Origin: Armatimonadetes bacterium CG2_30_59_28
Lineage (GTDB): Bacteria > Armatimonadota > Abditibacteriia > CG2-30-59-28
Assembly: GCA_001872605.1 (NCBI GenBank)
Contig: MNXM01000308.1
Coordinates: 4,653 to 61,110 of the forward strand
Reading direction: 5' to 3'
DNA length: 56,458 nt
Both the position numbers and the translations under genes were made by a program. How positions within the stretch are numbered: position 1 is the stretch's first letter; each line of letters begins with the position of its first letter. This document shows positions 28,055-37,642 of this stretch, one piece after another. The notes under the pieces were generated by a model that made no database searches, was not told the DNA's origin, and was given only the letters and a program-made list of their open reading frames with translations.

Positions 28055-29029
28055 TCACCTCTCCGCGTGATCCATCGCCCAAACGGCTGCGCCAATGACT
28101 CCCGCGTCGGTGCCCAGCTCCGCCGGAACCACGTCTATCTTCCGCAGTGGCGCGGTGTGCACCCACTTCTTCAGAGTCCTGCGGATAGGATCAAACAGAA
28201 CCTCTCCCGCCCGAGCCACCCCTCCGCCGATGACGACCCTCTCAGGACACAGCGCAGCCAACAAACTGGCAATCGCCACCCCGATGTACATGCCAACCTT
28301 ATTCATAATCTCGAGGGCAGCAAGGTCGCCTGCCGCCGCTGCGCGGGCGACAACTTCCGGGGAGACCCGGTTGAGGTCGCCCTCGGCGAATTCGTACATG
28401 AGCGTTGACCCGGCGGACTGACGGATGCGCCCGATGGCCATGCCGGTGATCGCCGGCGCCGCGGCCATTGCCTCGACGCAACCGTAGCTGCCGCAACCGC
28501 AGCGTGGCCCATTATAGTCGATGATGACGTGACCCAGCTCGGCCCCGCGGGTGTCTAATCCTGTGTGCAGTTTTCCATCAATGATAAGCCCCCCGCCGAT
28601 CCCTGTGCCGATGGCAATGCCCACCATGTTCGTGGCTCCCCTGCCGGCCCCAAAACGAGACTCGGCAAGTGTAAACGCGCGAACGTCGTTCGCAACGGCA
28701 ACGGGTATGCGCAGAGCAGCTTCCAGATTCTTCTTCAGCGGAACATTGCGCCACTGCCCCTTCAAATTCGGCGAGAACACCACGATCCCGCGTTCCATGT
28801 CGGTGACACCATTAACTCCGATGCCAACCTGCGGATTCAGCTTGCCGCGCAATTGCCGCTTCCGTCGCATCTTCTGGAAACAATGGATGATGCGTCGGAT
28901 GATTTCATCCTGGTCTTCCGCACGGGTGAGTGGATCCTCGACCTTATCAACAATGTCGCCCTGTCGGTTCACAGCCGCAACAGCAATATGGGACCCCCCG
29001 AGATCGGCCCCGAGAAAGATGTCACTCAT
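28055..29029 (-). CDS. ROK family sugar kinase (glucokinase-like)
   Basis: GADLGGS, ANDV, GTGIGGG, ELGH, CGCGSYGCVE, GGGV, AGVIGAA. Confidence 0.93.
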   Translation of the reverse strand: MSDIFLGADLGGSHIAVAAVNRQGDIVDKVEDPLTRAEDQDEIIRRIIHCFQKMRRKRQLRGKLNPQVGIGVNGVTDMERGIVVFSPNLKGQWRNVPLKKNLEAALRIPVAVANDVRAFTLAESRFGAGRGATNMVGIAIGTGIGGGLIIDGKLHTGLDTRGAELGHVIIDYNGPRCGCGSYGCVEAMAAAPAITGMAIGRIRQSAGSTLMYEFAEGDLNRVSPEVVARAAAAGDLAALEIMNKVGMYIGVAIASLLAALCPERVVIGGGVARAGEVLFDPIRRTLKKWVHTAPLRKIDVVPAELGTDAGVIGAAVWAMDHAER

Positions 29030-29097
29030 TAGACTATTGTCACCTCACGACTTCCCACATGGATCGGATGCAGCCTCGACGCGGGATTGGCAGCTTA

Positions 29098-29196
29098 GAA
29101 CTCGTCCAACCATAACTCCGCGTTTTAGTAGCAGGCATCGCCGTCGCTCCGAGGTGTTCGGCTGAACTTGACGCGGAATTATTGTTGGACGAGTTC
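29098..29196. mobile_element. MITE, 99 bp, 26-bp TIRs, TTA target duplication (IS5-like ends)
   Basis: GAACTCGTCCAACCATAACTCCGCGT vs reverse complement of right end GAACTCGTCCAACAATAATTCCGCGT (2 mismatches); TTA at 29095-29097 and 29197-29199. Confidence 0.75.
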
Positions 29197-29310
29197 TTAG
29201 ACACGTCGGCAAGTAATAAGCGGCGCCACTCGCGCAACAATCAGCGTGGTCCACAACCGGTCTCACAGCAAGAGGACGCCGCGCTGAAAAGCACAACGGC
29301 CGGACGCCTG

Positions 29311-30597
29311 TCAGACGAACTCGCGGGTCACCTCAGAAACGATCTCCGACCATTCCCACAACCGTTGAGGTTTGTAGCACACCGTACTGATGTCCTTCAT
29401 AATCACCTCAACGTGCATGCCCCGCAAACGCTCCAACGTCACTCGCAGTTCACGGCGAACGTGATCGGGATCCCACGCGTCGTTGGTGTAGATGGCGGGA
29501 TTCGGTTTCAGTGAGAAAACGTAGTCCCTTCCGACGGCTTCGGCGGCCGTGTCCACGTCGATCCATGGACTCATCGAAATCTTCCGCAGATTCGGGACGT
29601 TCTTACGCAGGATGCCGACTTTTTTGTCCAGTGGCTCGCAGCAGCCGTAGTAGGTCAGCCCAAAACGATTCAGCCACCGACACTCATACTGGAGCGCAAA
29701 CTCCTCGTGCATGGCGGGGGAAACCTCAGAGAATATCTGCGACATCGTGCGCCCCCACATATCCTGCGTGCGGACGCGACGGGCATCAAAGTCGGGGGGA
29801 GGAAGCTCTTCCGTATACTGCGGCCCTCCGCCCGACCAGGTTTCGTTATTGGTGTCGAGGATGTTCAATTGCTCATATTGGTTAAGTCGGTGCAGATAGG
29901 CGTCGAAGACTCTGTCGACCAATCTGTGGACATATTCGGGACGGGTGTACATGTCCATCAGAATCTCCTGCACACCCGTGAGGCGGACCAGCAAATCCCA
30001 CGGGGCGACGCTCATCCCCTTCATCCCCACCTTCACAACAGGGAGAATGCCATCAAAGAGATCGCTCAGCATCCCGAAGTTCCTGTCCCATGCCTCCTCA
30101 TCCAGTGCAACCTGCGGCATTTGTATCTTTGCAATGTCGCTCTCATTCTGGATCTGGATGTGATAATGCCGGGACACAACGGAGCTTGTCTCATCGGTCT
30201 TCGCAATGTCGACCTTCTCGTCCAATCCCAGACCGGTGTCATGCAGCACGGGCGGAACCGGGATCACCGATTCCACGACGCTGTCGGCCGGCATGTGATC
30301 CCATTGGTACAGCTCTTGCCGCAGGGACCTCTCCAATCCGTGACAGCGCGGATCCTCGCACTGAAGCTGAAGCTCCCCGTTGACATCCATCTCGTGCCAG
30401 GGAATCTCGAAGATCCAAATCATTGGTTTCTCCGGCTGGAGCATGTTCAGCCGAACCCAGCGTTGCCTGTTCCCGTCCTGAATCGGCAGGGCGGCAATCT
30501 CGGCCTTCCGCTTCCCGAGTTCACGCAAAACGATCTTGTCTTTTTGGTTCAAGGCTGCGTCTCTCCTTATCTTTTCGGGTTCACTCAATGAACTCAT
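29311..30597 (-). CDS. Uroporphyrinogen decarboxylase (URO-D/CIMS)-like protein of unknown function
   Basis: VSPAMHEEF, YYGCCEPL, NLRKISMSPW, MKDIST, typical of divergent UroD/methyltransferase-like TIM barrels. Confidence 0.7.
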   Translation of the reverse strand: MSSLSEPEKIRRDAALNQKDKIVLRELGKRKAEIAALPIQDGNRQRWVRLNMLQPEKPMIWIFEIPWHEMDVNGELQLQCEDPRCHGLERSLRQELYQWDHMPADSVVESVIPVPPVLHDTGLGLDEKVDIAKTDETSSVVSRHYHIQIQNESDIAKIQMPQVALDEEAWDRNFGMLSDLFDGILPVVKVGMKGMSVAPWDLLVRLTGVQEILMDMYTRPEYVHRLVDRVFDAYLHRLNQYEQLNILDTNNETWSGGGPQYTEELPPPDFDARRVRTQDMWGRTMSQIFSEVSPAMHEEFALQYECRWLNRFGLTYYGCCEPLDKKVGILRKNVPNLRKISMSPWIDVDTAAEAVGRDYVFSLKPNPAIYTNDAWDPDHVRRELRVTLERLRGMHVEVIMKDISTVCYKPQRLWEWSEIVSEVTREFV

Positions 30598-31696
30598 ACC
30601 GCGTATTCCTGCGGCGCGGCTCGTAACCTGCTTCGGCGATGACACGGCAAAACTCCGAGATGGGCATCAGGTGAAACGTTCCCGCCGCGCTGACCACGTT
30701 CTCTTCCATCATGCTGCTGCCGAAATCGTTCAGGCCATACCTCAGCGCAATCTGGGCAATCTTCGAGCCTTGTGTTACGTAGGAGGCTTGCAGGTTATCG
30801 ATGTTGTCGAGGAAGATCCGACTCAGCGCCACCATGCGGAGATACTCCGCCCCGGTGGATTTTCGTCGATCCCAGTTGGACTGCAACTCAGTGCCTTCCG
30901 GCTGGAAGTCCCAGGCGATAAAAGCTGTGAACTTCCCCCCTCCTCTGCCCGACCCAATCTCTCGAAGAGCAATATCCTGCGTCTGCCGAATCAACTCGAG
31001 GTGCTCGATGCGCTGTTCAGCCGCCTCCAGCGATCCGTACATCATGGTTGCCGTCGTGTTCATCCCGATGTGATGGGCGGCGCGGTGCACCTCAAGCCAT
31101 TCATCGGTGGTGTCCTTGCGAAAGGCAATCTGGTCGCGGACCGCGTCGCTCAAAATCTCCGCGCCTGCGCCAGGCAGGGACTGCAACCCCGCTTGGCGCA
31201 GGCGTCGCAATGTTTCCTCGATAGTCAGCTTCGAGATATGAGCAATGTAGATAATCTCGGTAGCGGACAGAGCATGGAGATAGACTTGCGGATACCTTCG
31301 AGTGATCTCGACAAAGAGCTCCTCAAAGTACTCAACGCGGAGCTTCGGGTTCAATCCCCCCTGCATCAGCAGCTCGCACCCGTGCGGAACATCGCCTCCC
31401 ACGGCGATCAGCTCGTCGATCTTCGCGAAGATCTCGTCGTGGGGAAGCGTGTATCCGTCCGGGGAGCCTGGAGCAGCGTAGAAGTTGCAGAACTTACATT
31501 TCACCCAGCAAATGTTCGTGTAGTTGATATTGCGGCCAACGTTGTAGGTAACAGTTGTGCCGGTGTGCTTCCGCCGCCGGACAAAGTCGGCCATGCCCGC
31601 AAGCTCAAGAAGGTTGGAATGAAAGTAGACCGCGGTAGCGTCCGCTACCGTCAACCGCTCACCCGCGACCACCTTCTTTTCAATCTGTTTCAGCAC
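30581..31696 (-). CDS. mqnC: Cyclic dehypoxanthinyl futalosine synthase (radical SAM)
   Basis: RNINYTNICWVKCKFC, LMQGGL, SLPGAGAEIL, TATMMYG, NDFGSSMMEENVVSAAG. Confidence 0.9.
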   Translation of the reverse strand: MLKQIEKKVVAGERLTVADATAVYFHSNLLELAGMADFVRRRKHTGTTVTYNVGRNINYTNICWVKCKFCNFYAAPGSPDGYTLPHDEIFAKIDELIAVGGDVPHGCELLMQGGLNPKLRVEYFEELFVEITRRYPQVYLHALSATEIIYIAHISKLTIEETLRRLRQAGLQSLPGAGAEILSDAVRDQIAFRKDTTDEWLEVHRAAHHIGMNTTATMMYGSLEAAEQRIEHLELIRQTQDIALREIGSGRGGGKFTAFIAWDFQPEGTELQSNWDRRKSTGAEYLRMVALSRIFLDNIDNLQASYVTQGSKIAQIALRYGLNDFGSSMMEENVVSAAGTFHLMPISEFCRVIAEAGYEPRRRNTRYEFIE

Positions 31697-32868
31697 GCCG
31701 TCGCCTCGACATCGTTGGTGTCGCGCGCAGCGTCAGAATGAGGAAGGCCTTCGCTCGAAACAACCGGATTGTAGAACGCGTCTCGTTCCACGGCATCGCG
31801 ACGCGCTTCGGCGATGAGATGCAGCAGGTCTGCCTCGCTGAGCGCCTGCCGGTGCGACGTCGCACCGAGAGCGTGCGTGATCTCGTAGTGCGCCACCGTT
31901 CCATCGATGTCGTCTGCCCCGTACCACATCGCCACCTGCGCCACCGGCGGAGTCACCATGATCCAGAAAGCCTTCACGTGGTCAAAGTTGTCGAGCATCA
32001 GACGCGCCAGCGCGATCTCCCGGAGGTTTTGCTGACCGGTAGGCGGCGGGAGATGAGACAACTCGGTATTCTGCGGGTCGAATGCGAGTGGAACGAAGCA
32101 TAGAAAGCCGCCGGTCTCATCCTGCAACTCGCGGATATGGATCAGGTGCTTCACCTTCTCCTCGACCGTCTCAATGTGTCCGTAAAGCATCGTGGCGTTA
32201 GATCGGAGACCGGAGCGGTGGACAACGCGAGCGACATCAAACCAACCTTCGTTGTCGAGTTTGGCGCGGAACAGTTCCTCGTGGACCCGGTTGCTGAAGA
32301 CCTCCGCTCCTCCGCCCGGACAGCAGTCGAGCCCCGCGGTCTTCAAGTCCGTCAACACTTCCTCTAACGGCTTCTTCGCCACGCGTTCCAGTTGCGCCAA
32401 CTCGATCATGGTGAAGGCTTTGACATGCGCCTGCGGGCGTTCGTCCCGCACCGCTCGCACGATATCCAGGTAGTACTCATAGGGCAGCTTGGGATTGATT
32501 CCGCCGACCATGTGGATTTCTCGAATGGGGTAGTCTCTGAACTCACGGACGCGTGCGCGAATAACTTCGGGTTCGAGGACGTAGCCGCGTTCGTCCCTGG
32601 GAGTGACATAAAACGAGCAGAACTTGCAGAGCTTGTTACAGATGTTCGTGTAATTGATGTGCTGGTTGCGGATGTAGTAGGCGATGCTGCCGTTCTTCTG
32701 TTCGCGCACAATGTTGGCGAGGTAACCGACGACGTTCAAATCCTCAGCCTGATAGAGACGAACGCCGTCCGAGAAATCGAGGCGTTCGCCCTCAACCACT
32801 TTCTGAAGAATATCTTCGAGTCCTGAAGCCGAGATCGTTTCTGTAAGCATGACGGGCGACCTTGCCAC
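31690..32868 (-). CDS. mqnE: Aminofutalosine synthase (radical SAM)
   Basis: HINYTNICNKLCKFC, EIHMVGG, PGGGAEVF, SNATMLYGHIE, HVKAFWIM, GADDIDGTV. Confidence 0.9.
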   Translation of the reverse strand: MARSPVMLTETISASGLEDILQKVVEGERLDFSDGVRLYQAEDLNVVGYLANIVREQKNGSIAYYIRNQHINYTNICNKLCKFCSFYVTPRDERGYVLEPEVIRARVREFRDYPIREIHMVGGINPKLPYEYYLDIVRAVRDERPQAHVKAFTMIELAQLERVAKKPLEEVLTDLKTAGLDCCPGGGAEVFSNRVHEELFRAKLDNEGWFDVARVVHRSGLRSNATMLYGHIETVEEKVKHLIHIRELQDETGGFLCFVPLAFDPQNTELSHLPPPTGQQNLREIALARLMLDNFDHVKAFWIMVTPPVAQVAMWYGADDIDGTVAHYEITHALGATSHRQALSEADLLHLIAEARRDAVERDAFYNPVVSSEGLPHSDAARDTNDVEATAC

Positions 32869-32880
32869 AAGCGGAGTATT

Positions 32881-34338
32881 CTACAGCCCGAGCTCTTCCC
32901 AGATGGCGTCCACGCGCGCTTTTATTTCCGGTGACATCAGGCACTCATCCGGCCATCGCCGATGGAAGCCTTCTTCGGGAAGCTTGCGCGTCGCGTCGAT
33001 CCCCAGTTTCCCACTCAATCCGGGAGTGTAGGCGGCGAAGTCGAGGTCGTCGCAGACCCCTTCGCTCAGGACGACATCGTGCTTGGGGTCGAAGTGGGTT
33101 CCCACCTTCCACATTACCTCGGACAGGTCCTGCACGTTGACGCCTTTATCGACGATCACCACAACCTTGGTAAACATCAGTTGACCCAACCCCCACACCG
33201 CGTGCATCACCTTCCGCGCGTGTCCGGGATAACGCTTGTCAATGGAAACGATAGCAAAGTTGTGGAAGATGCCTTCGATCGGTAGGTTGATATCAACGAT
33301 CTCAGGAACGGTGGTCTTGATCAATGGCAGGAACATCCGCTCCGTGGCCTTCCCGAGCCACGCGTCCTCCTGAGGCGGGGGACCGACCACGGTGGTGATG
33401 TAGATGGGGTTCTTTCGCCGCGTCACGGCCGTAAGGTGGAAGACGGGAAACTCCTCGGCGTGCGAGTAGTACCCCTGATGGTCGCCGAACGGGCCCTCCA
33501 GCCGCCGCTCACCCGGCTCGCAATAACCCTCAAGGACGATCTCCGCGTTCGCTGGAACTTCGAGGCTCACCGTTCGGCACTTCACCAGTTCTACCGGCTC
33601 CCCCCGGAGAAAGCCGGCGAGGAGCATCTCATCCACCTCGTCCGGCAGTGGCGCGGACGCGGCGTAAATTGTCGCCGGGTCGCAGCCGATGGCGACCGCG
33701 ACTTCCAGTCGCTCGCCACGCTCCTCGGCGACGCGGTAATGCTGCGCGCCCCCCTTGTGCTGCTGCCAGTGCATCCCAAGCGTCTGGTCATCAAACTTCT
33801 GAATCCGATACAAGCCCGCGTTCCGGGCGCCATGCTCCGGGTGTTTTGTGAACGTCAGAGAAAGTGTAATGTACCGCCCCTTCCCAACCCCGCCTCCATC
33901 CCCCGGCCAACATTGAATCAACGGCAGCGGAGCCACGCTGGCGCCGGAGATTTCCACAACTTCCTGACAGACTCCTGAGGAGACAACGCGTGGCGGCAGT
34001 TCCGACAGCCGTTTCAGTTTCGGCAGCGCCTTCAGCTTCTCGATGAGCGACGTCGGAATCTCCGGCTTCAGCAGCAGCGCGATCTCCTCCCCGATGGCAT
34101 CGAGGCTCTCTGTTTCCAGCGCCAGCTCCATGCGGCGCCGCGTCCCGAAAGCGTTGATGAGAACCGGAATGTCGTGCCCTTTCACCTCGTTGAAGAGCAA
34201 AGCGGGCCCGTCTCGCTTGACAACGCGATTGTAGACCTCGGAGACTTCGAGGAGAGGATCCACCTCCACGTCGATTTCGCGGAGTTCGCCTTTCGCCCGG
34301 AGCGCCTGAACGAAATCATGGAGGTCACGATACGCCAC
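32881..34338 (-). CDS. mqnL: UbiD-family menaquinone biosynthesis decarboxylase
   Basis: EGPFGDH, VGPPPQED, KRYPGHARKVMHAVWGLGQLMFTK, GIDAT; adjacent to mqnE/mqnC. Confidence 0.88.
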   Translation of the reverse strand: MAYRDLHDFVQALRAKGELREIDVEVDPLLEVSEVYNRVVKRDGPALLFNEVKGHDIPVLINAFGTRRRMELALETESLDAIGEEIALLLKPEIPTSLIEKLKALPKLKRLSELPPRVVSSGVCQEVVEISGASVAPLPLIQCWPGDGGGVGKGRYITLSLTFTKHPEHGARNAGLYRIQKFDDQTLGMHWQQHKGGAQHYRVAEERGERLEVAVAIGCDPATIYAASAPLPDEVDEMLLAGFLRGEPVELVKCRTVSLEVPANAEIVLEGYCEPGERRLEGPFGDHQGYYSHAEEFPVFHLTAVTRRKNPIYITTVVGPPPQEDAWLGKATERMFLPLIKTTVPEIVDINLPIEGIFHNFAIVSIDKRYPGHARKVMHAVWGLGQLMFTKVVVIVDKGVNVQDLSEVMWKVGTHFDPKHDVVLSEGVCDDLDFAAYTPGLSGKLGIDATRKLPEEGFHRRWPDECLMSPEIKARVDAIWEELGL

Positions 34339-34365
34339 TGAGTTCCCCCGAAGGAAAGCATCCCA

Positions 34366-35604
34366 CTACCGGTACTCGTTCACAGCCTCGACCATCGCAA
34401 CGACATTCTGCGGAGGAACGCTTGCCAGGATGTTGTGAATCTGCGTGAAAACGAATCCGCCCCCCGGGCGGAAGATGGCAAGTCGCTCCCGCACCTGCTC
34501 CCTGACCTCAGCCGGTGTGTCGTGCTGCAGCACACCCTGAGTTTCACACCCGCCACCCCAGAAGCAAATATCTTTCCCGTATTCCTTCTTCAGGTGAGCG
34601 GCAGCCATGCGCGAGCAATTCGTCTGCACCGGGTTCAGTATTTCCACACCTGCATCGATCAGGTCGGGGAGCAGCTCTTCCACCGATCCGCAGGAGTGCA
34701 GGAAAATTTTAATATCGGCCAGCGTCTTGACATGGGCAATTAATGCCTTGAGTCTCGGCTTGAACAGCTTCCGAAAGGTGTCCGGCGATATCTGCGCGCC
34801 CGACTGGCTTCCCAGATCGTCGCCCAGTTGGATGATCTGGACAGAGCCGTTGATGGCGGGAAGAATCTTCTCAGCGTTGCTGATGTGGAGTTCCAGCAAA
34901 CGATCCAGCAGGGCCGCCACTTGTCCCGGACTGGCCGCCACGTCCATCAGAAAATTGTCGATACGCCGCAGGAATTGACCCCATTCGAGGAAGTTGCCGC
35001 CAAAGGCGATCATGATGGCCTTGTCGGTGGTCTCACACAACTGCCGCGCCGTCTGCCGGATGTCATTCAAGTGCTCCGGCGTCAGTGGCTTGTGGTAGGG
35101 CGCGGTCGGCATCGCGGCCCAGGTAACCTTGCCCATCCACTCCGGCACCCTTTTCAGGTCCCACGGTTCCTCCAGGTCTGCCATCGGCCAATGGCACTGG
35201 CTAACGTACTGCACCCCTTTCGGCATGCGCCCGATGATCGTGCCGTCGGCATGTTCACACACCCACCCTCCATCCCTGGGCTTTAGATTGATATAGGCGG
35301 GCAACTGCCCCGGCGAGCCGTCCGGCAGCGTCCAATCCTTCCACTCGGTGTCAGCGGTCAGAAAGGCACGTCCCATGTCGACCACGTCTGCCTGCCAGAA
35401 ATCAAGGGCGTCATCATCCGGCTGAGCCAGCTGCTGGATCACGTCATAGACCTTCGTGTTTCCGGCTTCCCACCCGAGATACTCACGCAAGCGATTGTAG
35501 GCAATCGCCATGATCCCCGTCGAGCGCATTCCTCCCAGGTCCACAGGCACCCGATCGGGTTCTCGGTGCTCGATGGCCGCGAGAACACGTTCACGACTGG
35601 TCAT
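34366..35604 (-). CDS. UroD/MtaA-CmuA family (methylcobamide methyltransferase-like) protein
   Basis: MTSRERV...EPDRVP, GDDLGSQ, FLHSCG, LNPVQ, FWGGG, GGFVFTQIHNI. Confidence 0.88.
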   Translation of the reverse strand: MTSRERVLAAIEHREPDRVPVDLGGMRSTGIMAIAYNRLREYLGWEAGNTKVYDVIQQLAQPDDDALDFWQADVVDMGRAFLTADTEWKDWTLPDGSPGQLPAYINLKPRDGGWVCEHADGTIIGRMPKGVQYVSQCHWPMADLEEPWDLKRVPEWMGKVTWAAMPTAPYHKPLTPEHLNDIRQTARQLCETTDKAIMIAFGGNFLEWGQFLRRIDNFLMDVAASPGQVAALLDRLLELHISNAEKILPAINGSVQIIQLGDDLGSQSGAQISPDTFRKLFKPRLKALIAHVKTLADIKIFLHSCGSVEELLPDLIDAGVEILNPVQTNCSRMAAAHLKKEYGKDICFWGGGCETQGVLQHDTPAEVREQVRERLAIFRPGGGFVFTQIHNILASVPPQNVVAMVEAVNEYR

Positions 35605-35622
35605 CTCTGTGCCTCCTTCCCG

Positions 35623-36684
35623 TCAGGACTCGTACCCGCCATATTGGCGAACGAGGTCGATGACGAATGAGTAGTTCTCGAAACTTACCGTGGGCGGGAT
35701 GGAGTGATCGCAGTGGTACATGTACCCACCACCTTCCTTTGCCGCAGTGACCTTGGTGGAAACTTCCTCGAAAATCTCATCCTTCGTCCGACACATCACA
35801 TCGGTGCTGATGTTCCCGAAAAACACAATATCGGCCCCATACTGCTTCTTGTACTTCCGAATGTCGTTGCCGCAGCGCGCCTCAATCGGCTGCATGGCGT
35901 CGAATCCGGCTGCGATCAGGAGCGGAATCATCTCTCCCATGTAGCCGTCGCAGTGGAAGATCATCGGGAGATCGTGCCTGTCACAGAACGCACGCGTTGC
36001 CTGGTGGCTTGGAAGGACAAGCTCACGGTGTACCTTCGGCGAGTACAGCATCCCGTTTTTGTAGCAGAGGTCGGAGAAAAACCACAGCCCGTCGAATTCC
36101 ATCCCCGCGTCGATCAACTGCTGCATGAGACGGTGGTTGAACTCGGTATGCGTACGGATAACATCAGCAACGAAGTCGGGCTGCTCCGCCAGTGTCTCGA
36201 GAGCCATCTCGAACCCCATGAGGTGCTCGAGAAAGTACCACATGGGTTCACAAGGACGAATCGTAATGAAGCAATCCCGCTCGCGGAGTTGGCGGTACGT
36301 CTCTCCGATCGACTCCACTGAAACGTTTCCGCCGAAGTTCTCCTTATGGGCATTCCAGTCGTCCCACGTTTTGATGGTCGCATCCAGCCGGGATGGGGTC
36401 GCGTAATTGTTCTTCCACGACCTGACCACTGCCCCATCCGCGTCGCGGCGGACAACATAGTCGTCCGTCTCGTCCAGCGTCTCCTCCGGCAGTTGTAGGT
36501 TCGCCTGAAAGCCCAGAACACCTATCTCATCCAAACCGAAATATTCGGTGGGCGATATACCGGCTGGCAACCCCTCGGCACGCCACCGCTCGACCGTCTC
36601 CGGCCAGAAGCAGATATCCACCATCGGCACGCGGTCAGGCACTCGATGGTTCAGTGTTTCCCGAATTCGTTCTCGTGATGTCAT
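35623..36684 (-). CDS. UroD/MtaA-CmuA family protein
   Basis: MTSRERI...VPDRVP, FSDL, FHCDG, QPIE, FFGNI, GGYMYHCDHSIP. Confidence 0.86.
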   Translation of the reverse strand: MTSRERIRETLNHRVPDRVPMVDICFWPETVERWRAEGLPAGISPTEYFGLDEIGVLGFQANLQLPEETLDETDDYVVRRDADGAVVRSWKNNYATPSRLDATIKTWDDWNAHKENFGGNVSVESIGETYRQLRERDCFITIRPCEPMWYFLEHLMGFEMALETLAEQPDFVADVIRTHTEFNHRLMQQLIDAGMEFDGLWFFSDLCYKNGMLYSPKVHRELVLPSHQATRAFCDRHDLPMIFHCDGYMGEMIPLLIAAGFDAMQPIEARCGNDIRKYKKQYGADIVFFGNISTDVMCRTKDEIFEEVSTKVTAAKEGGGYMYHCDHSIPPTVSFENYSFVIDLVRQYGGYES

Positions 36685-36688
36685 TTTG

Positions 36689-36747
36689 GGAGGGCGGGCA
36701 TTCCTACCGCCAAACATGAGAGGGCGGACAGGAATGCCCGCCGCTAC
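36689..36747. repeat. REP doublet (REPIN-like) with GGAG/GTAG ends
   Basis: ggagggcgggcattcctaccgcc...ggcggacaggaatgcccgccgctac; inverted arms, each itself palindromic. Confidence 0.7.
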
Positions 36748-36760
36748 TGACCCGACTACC

Positions 36761-36961
36761 TCATCGAAAATAGTCCGGCGCGTTCTTGTGGAGGTCGTAA
36801 TCCTCCTGCTTCCAAGTCTCGATACCACAGCCTCTGCAAAGCCGCTCCAACTGCCCGAAGGAGGTAACATTGTAGTTCTGGAGAATCTGCAACGCCTCCA
36901 ACCCGCGTGACTGCGTCATCAATTCAGCGGCTTGCTCAAGGAGTCGCCGAGGGATTTCCAA
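36761..36961 (-). CDS. Small hypothetical protein (66 aa) with CxxC
   Basis: TTG start 7 bp after the upstream stop, preceded by AGGATGATGGAAGG; MEIPRRLLEQAAELMTQSRGLEAL...LCRGCG... Confidence 0.55.
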   Translation of the reverse strand: MEIPRRLLEQAAELMTQSRGLEALQILQNYNVTSFGQLERLCRGCGIETWKQEDYDLHKNAPDYFR

Positions 36962-36968
36962 CCTTCCA

Positions 36969-37469
36969 TCATCCTTTCTTCGCCGGTGGGGCCTGCGGGA
37001 AGACACTGAGGAGGTCTTTGGCTCCGTCAATGGCAGCAACTCGGTCAATTTCCGCGCCCAGCTTCTTCGCGGTGGTAGTCATCTTCGACTCGAACTTCTC
37101 CTTCAGTTCCTTCTCCATTATCTTGGGAGGTTCGGGCATCTCCTGCGCCTGTTTCTGAAGGGCATTCATTTTCTCAACCTGTGTCTTGAGATCGGGCTTC
37201 GCCGCGTCGGCGGTCTTCTTGTCCTTCACTGCGGACAGAATCGCCGTCATCTCAGTCATCCCGTCAAGCATCGCTTGCTGGATTTCCGCATGGGTTGCGT
37301 CGGTCGGCGCTTTATGGGTCTTTCCCTCCGGCAAAGCGGGCCCCCCCTTGGGCGGCTCCGGCACAGAATTTGGGTCCACCGAGGGAATTTCCGCCTTCTT
37401 CCCACACCCAACCAGAAAGCAAACCGTCACAACACCAATCCATGCAAACATACATCTCCCCAAATTCAT
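36969..37469 (-). CDS. Hypothetical lipoprotein (helical)
   Basis: GGAGG RBS; lipobox LVGC; Pro-rich linker then Lys/Glu-rich helices. Confidence 0.75.
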   Translation of the reverse strand: MNLGRCMFAWIGVVTVCFLVGCGKKAEIPSVDPNSVPEPPKGGPALPEGKTHKAPTDATHAEIQQAMLDGMTEMTAILSAVKDKKTADAAKPDLKTQVEKMNALQKQAQEMPEPPKIMEKELKEKFESKMTTTAKKLGAEIDRVAAIDGAKDLLSVFPQAPPAKKG

Positions 37470-37642
37470 CCCATACCTCCCAATATATTTCGCTGACAGG
37501 AATTCTACTCGCGACAACCTCATTATGGCAAGGCACACAACCTGCATCAAGCCCCCAACACTCGCGCGTCTGCACGTCGCTCGTCCCAGCGCTGCTCCCG
37601 GTTCGTCATCCGTCAAGCATGCAGCGGGGGGCGAATGACCAG

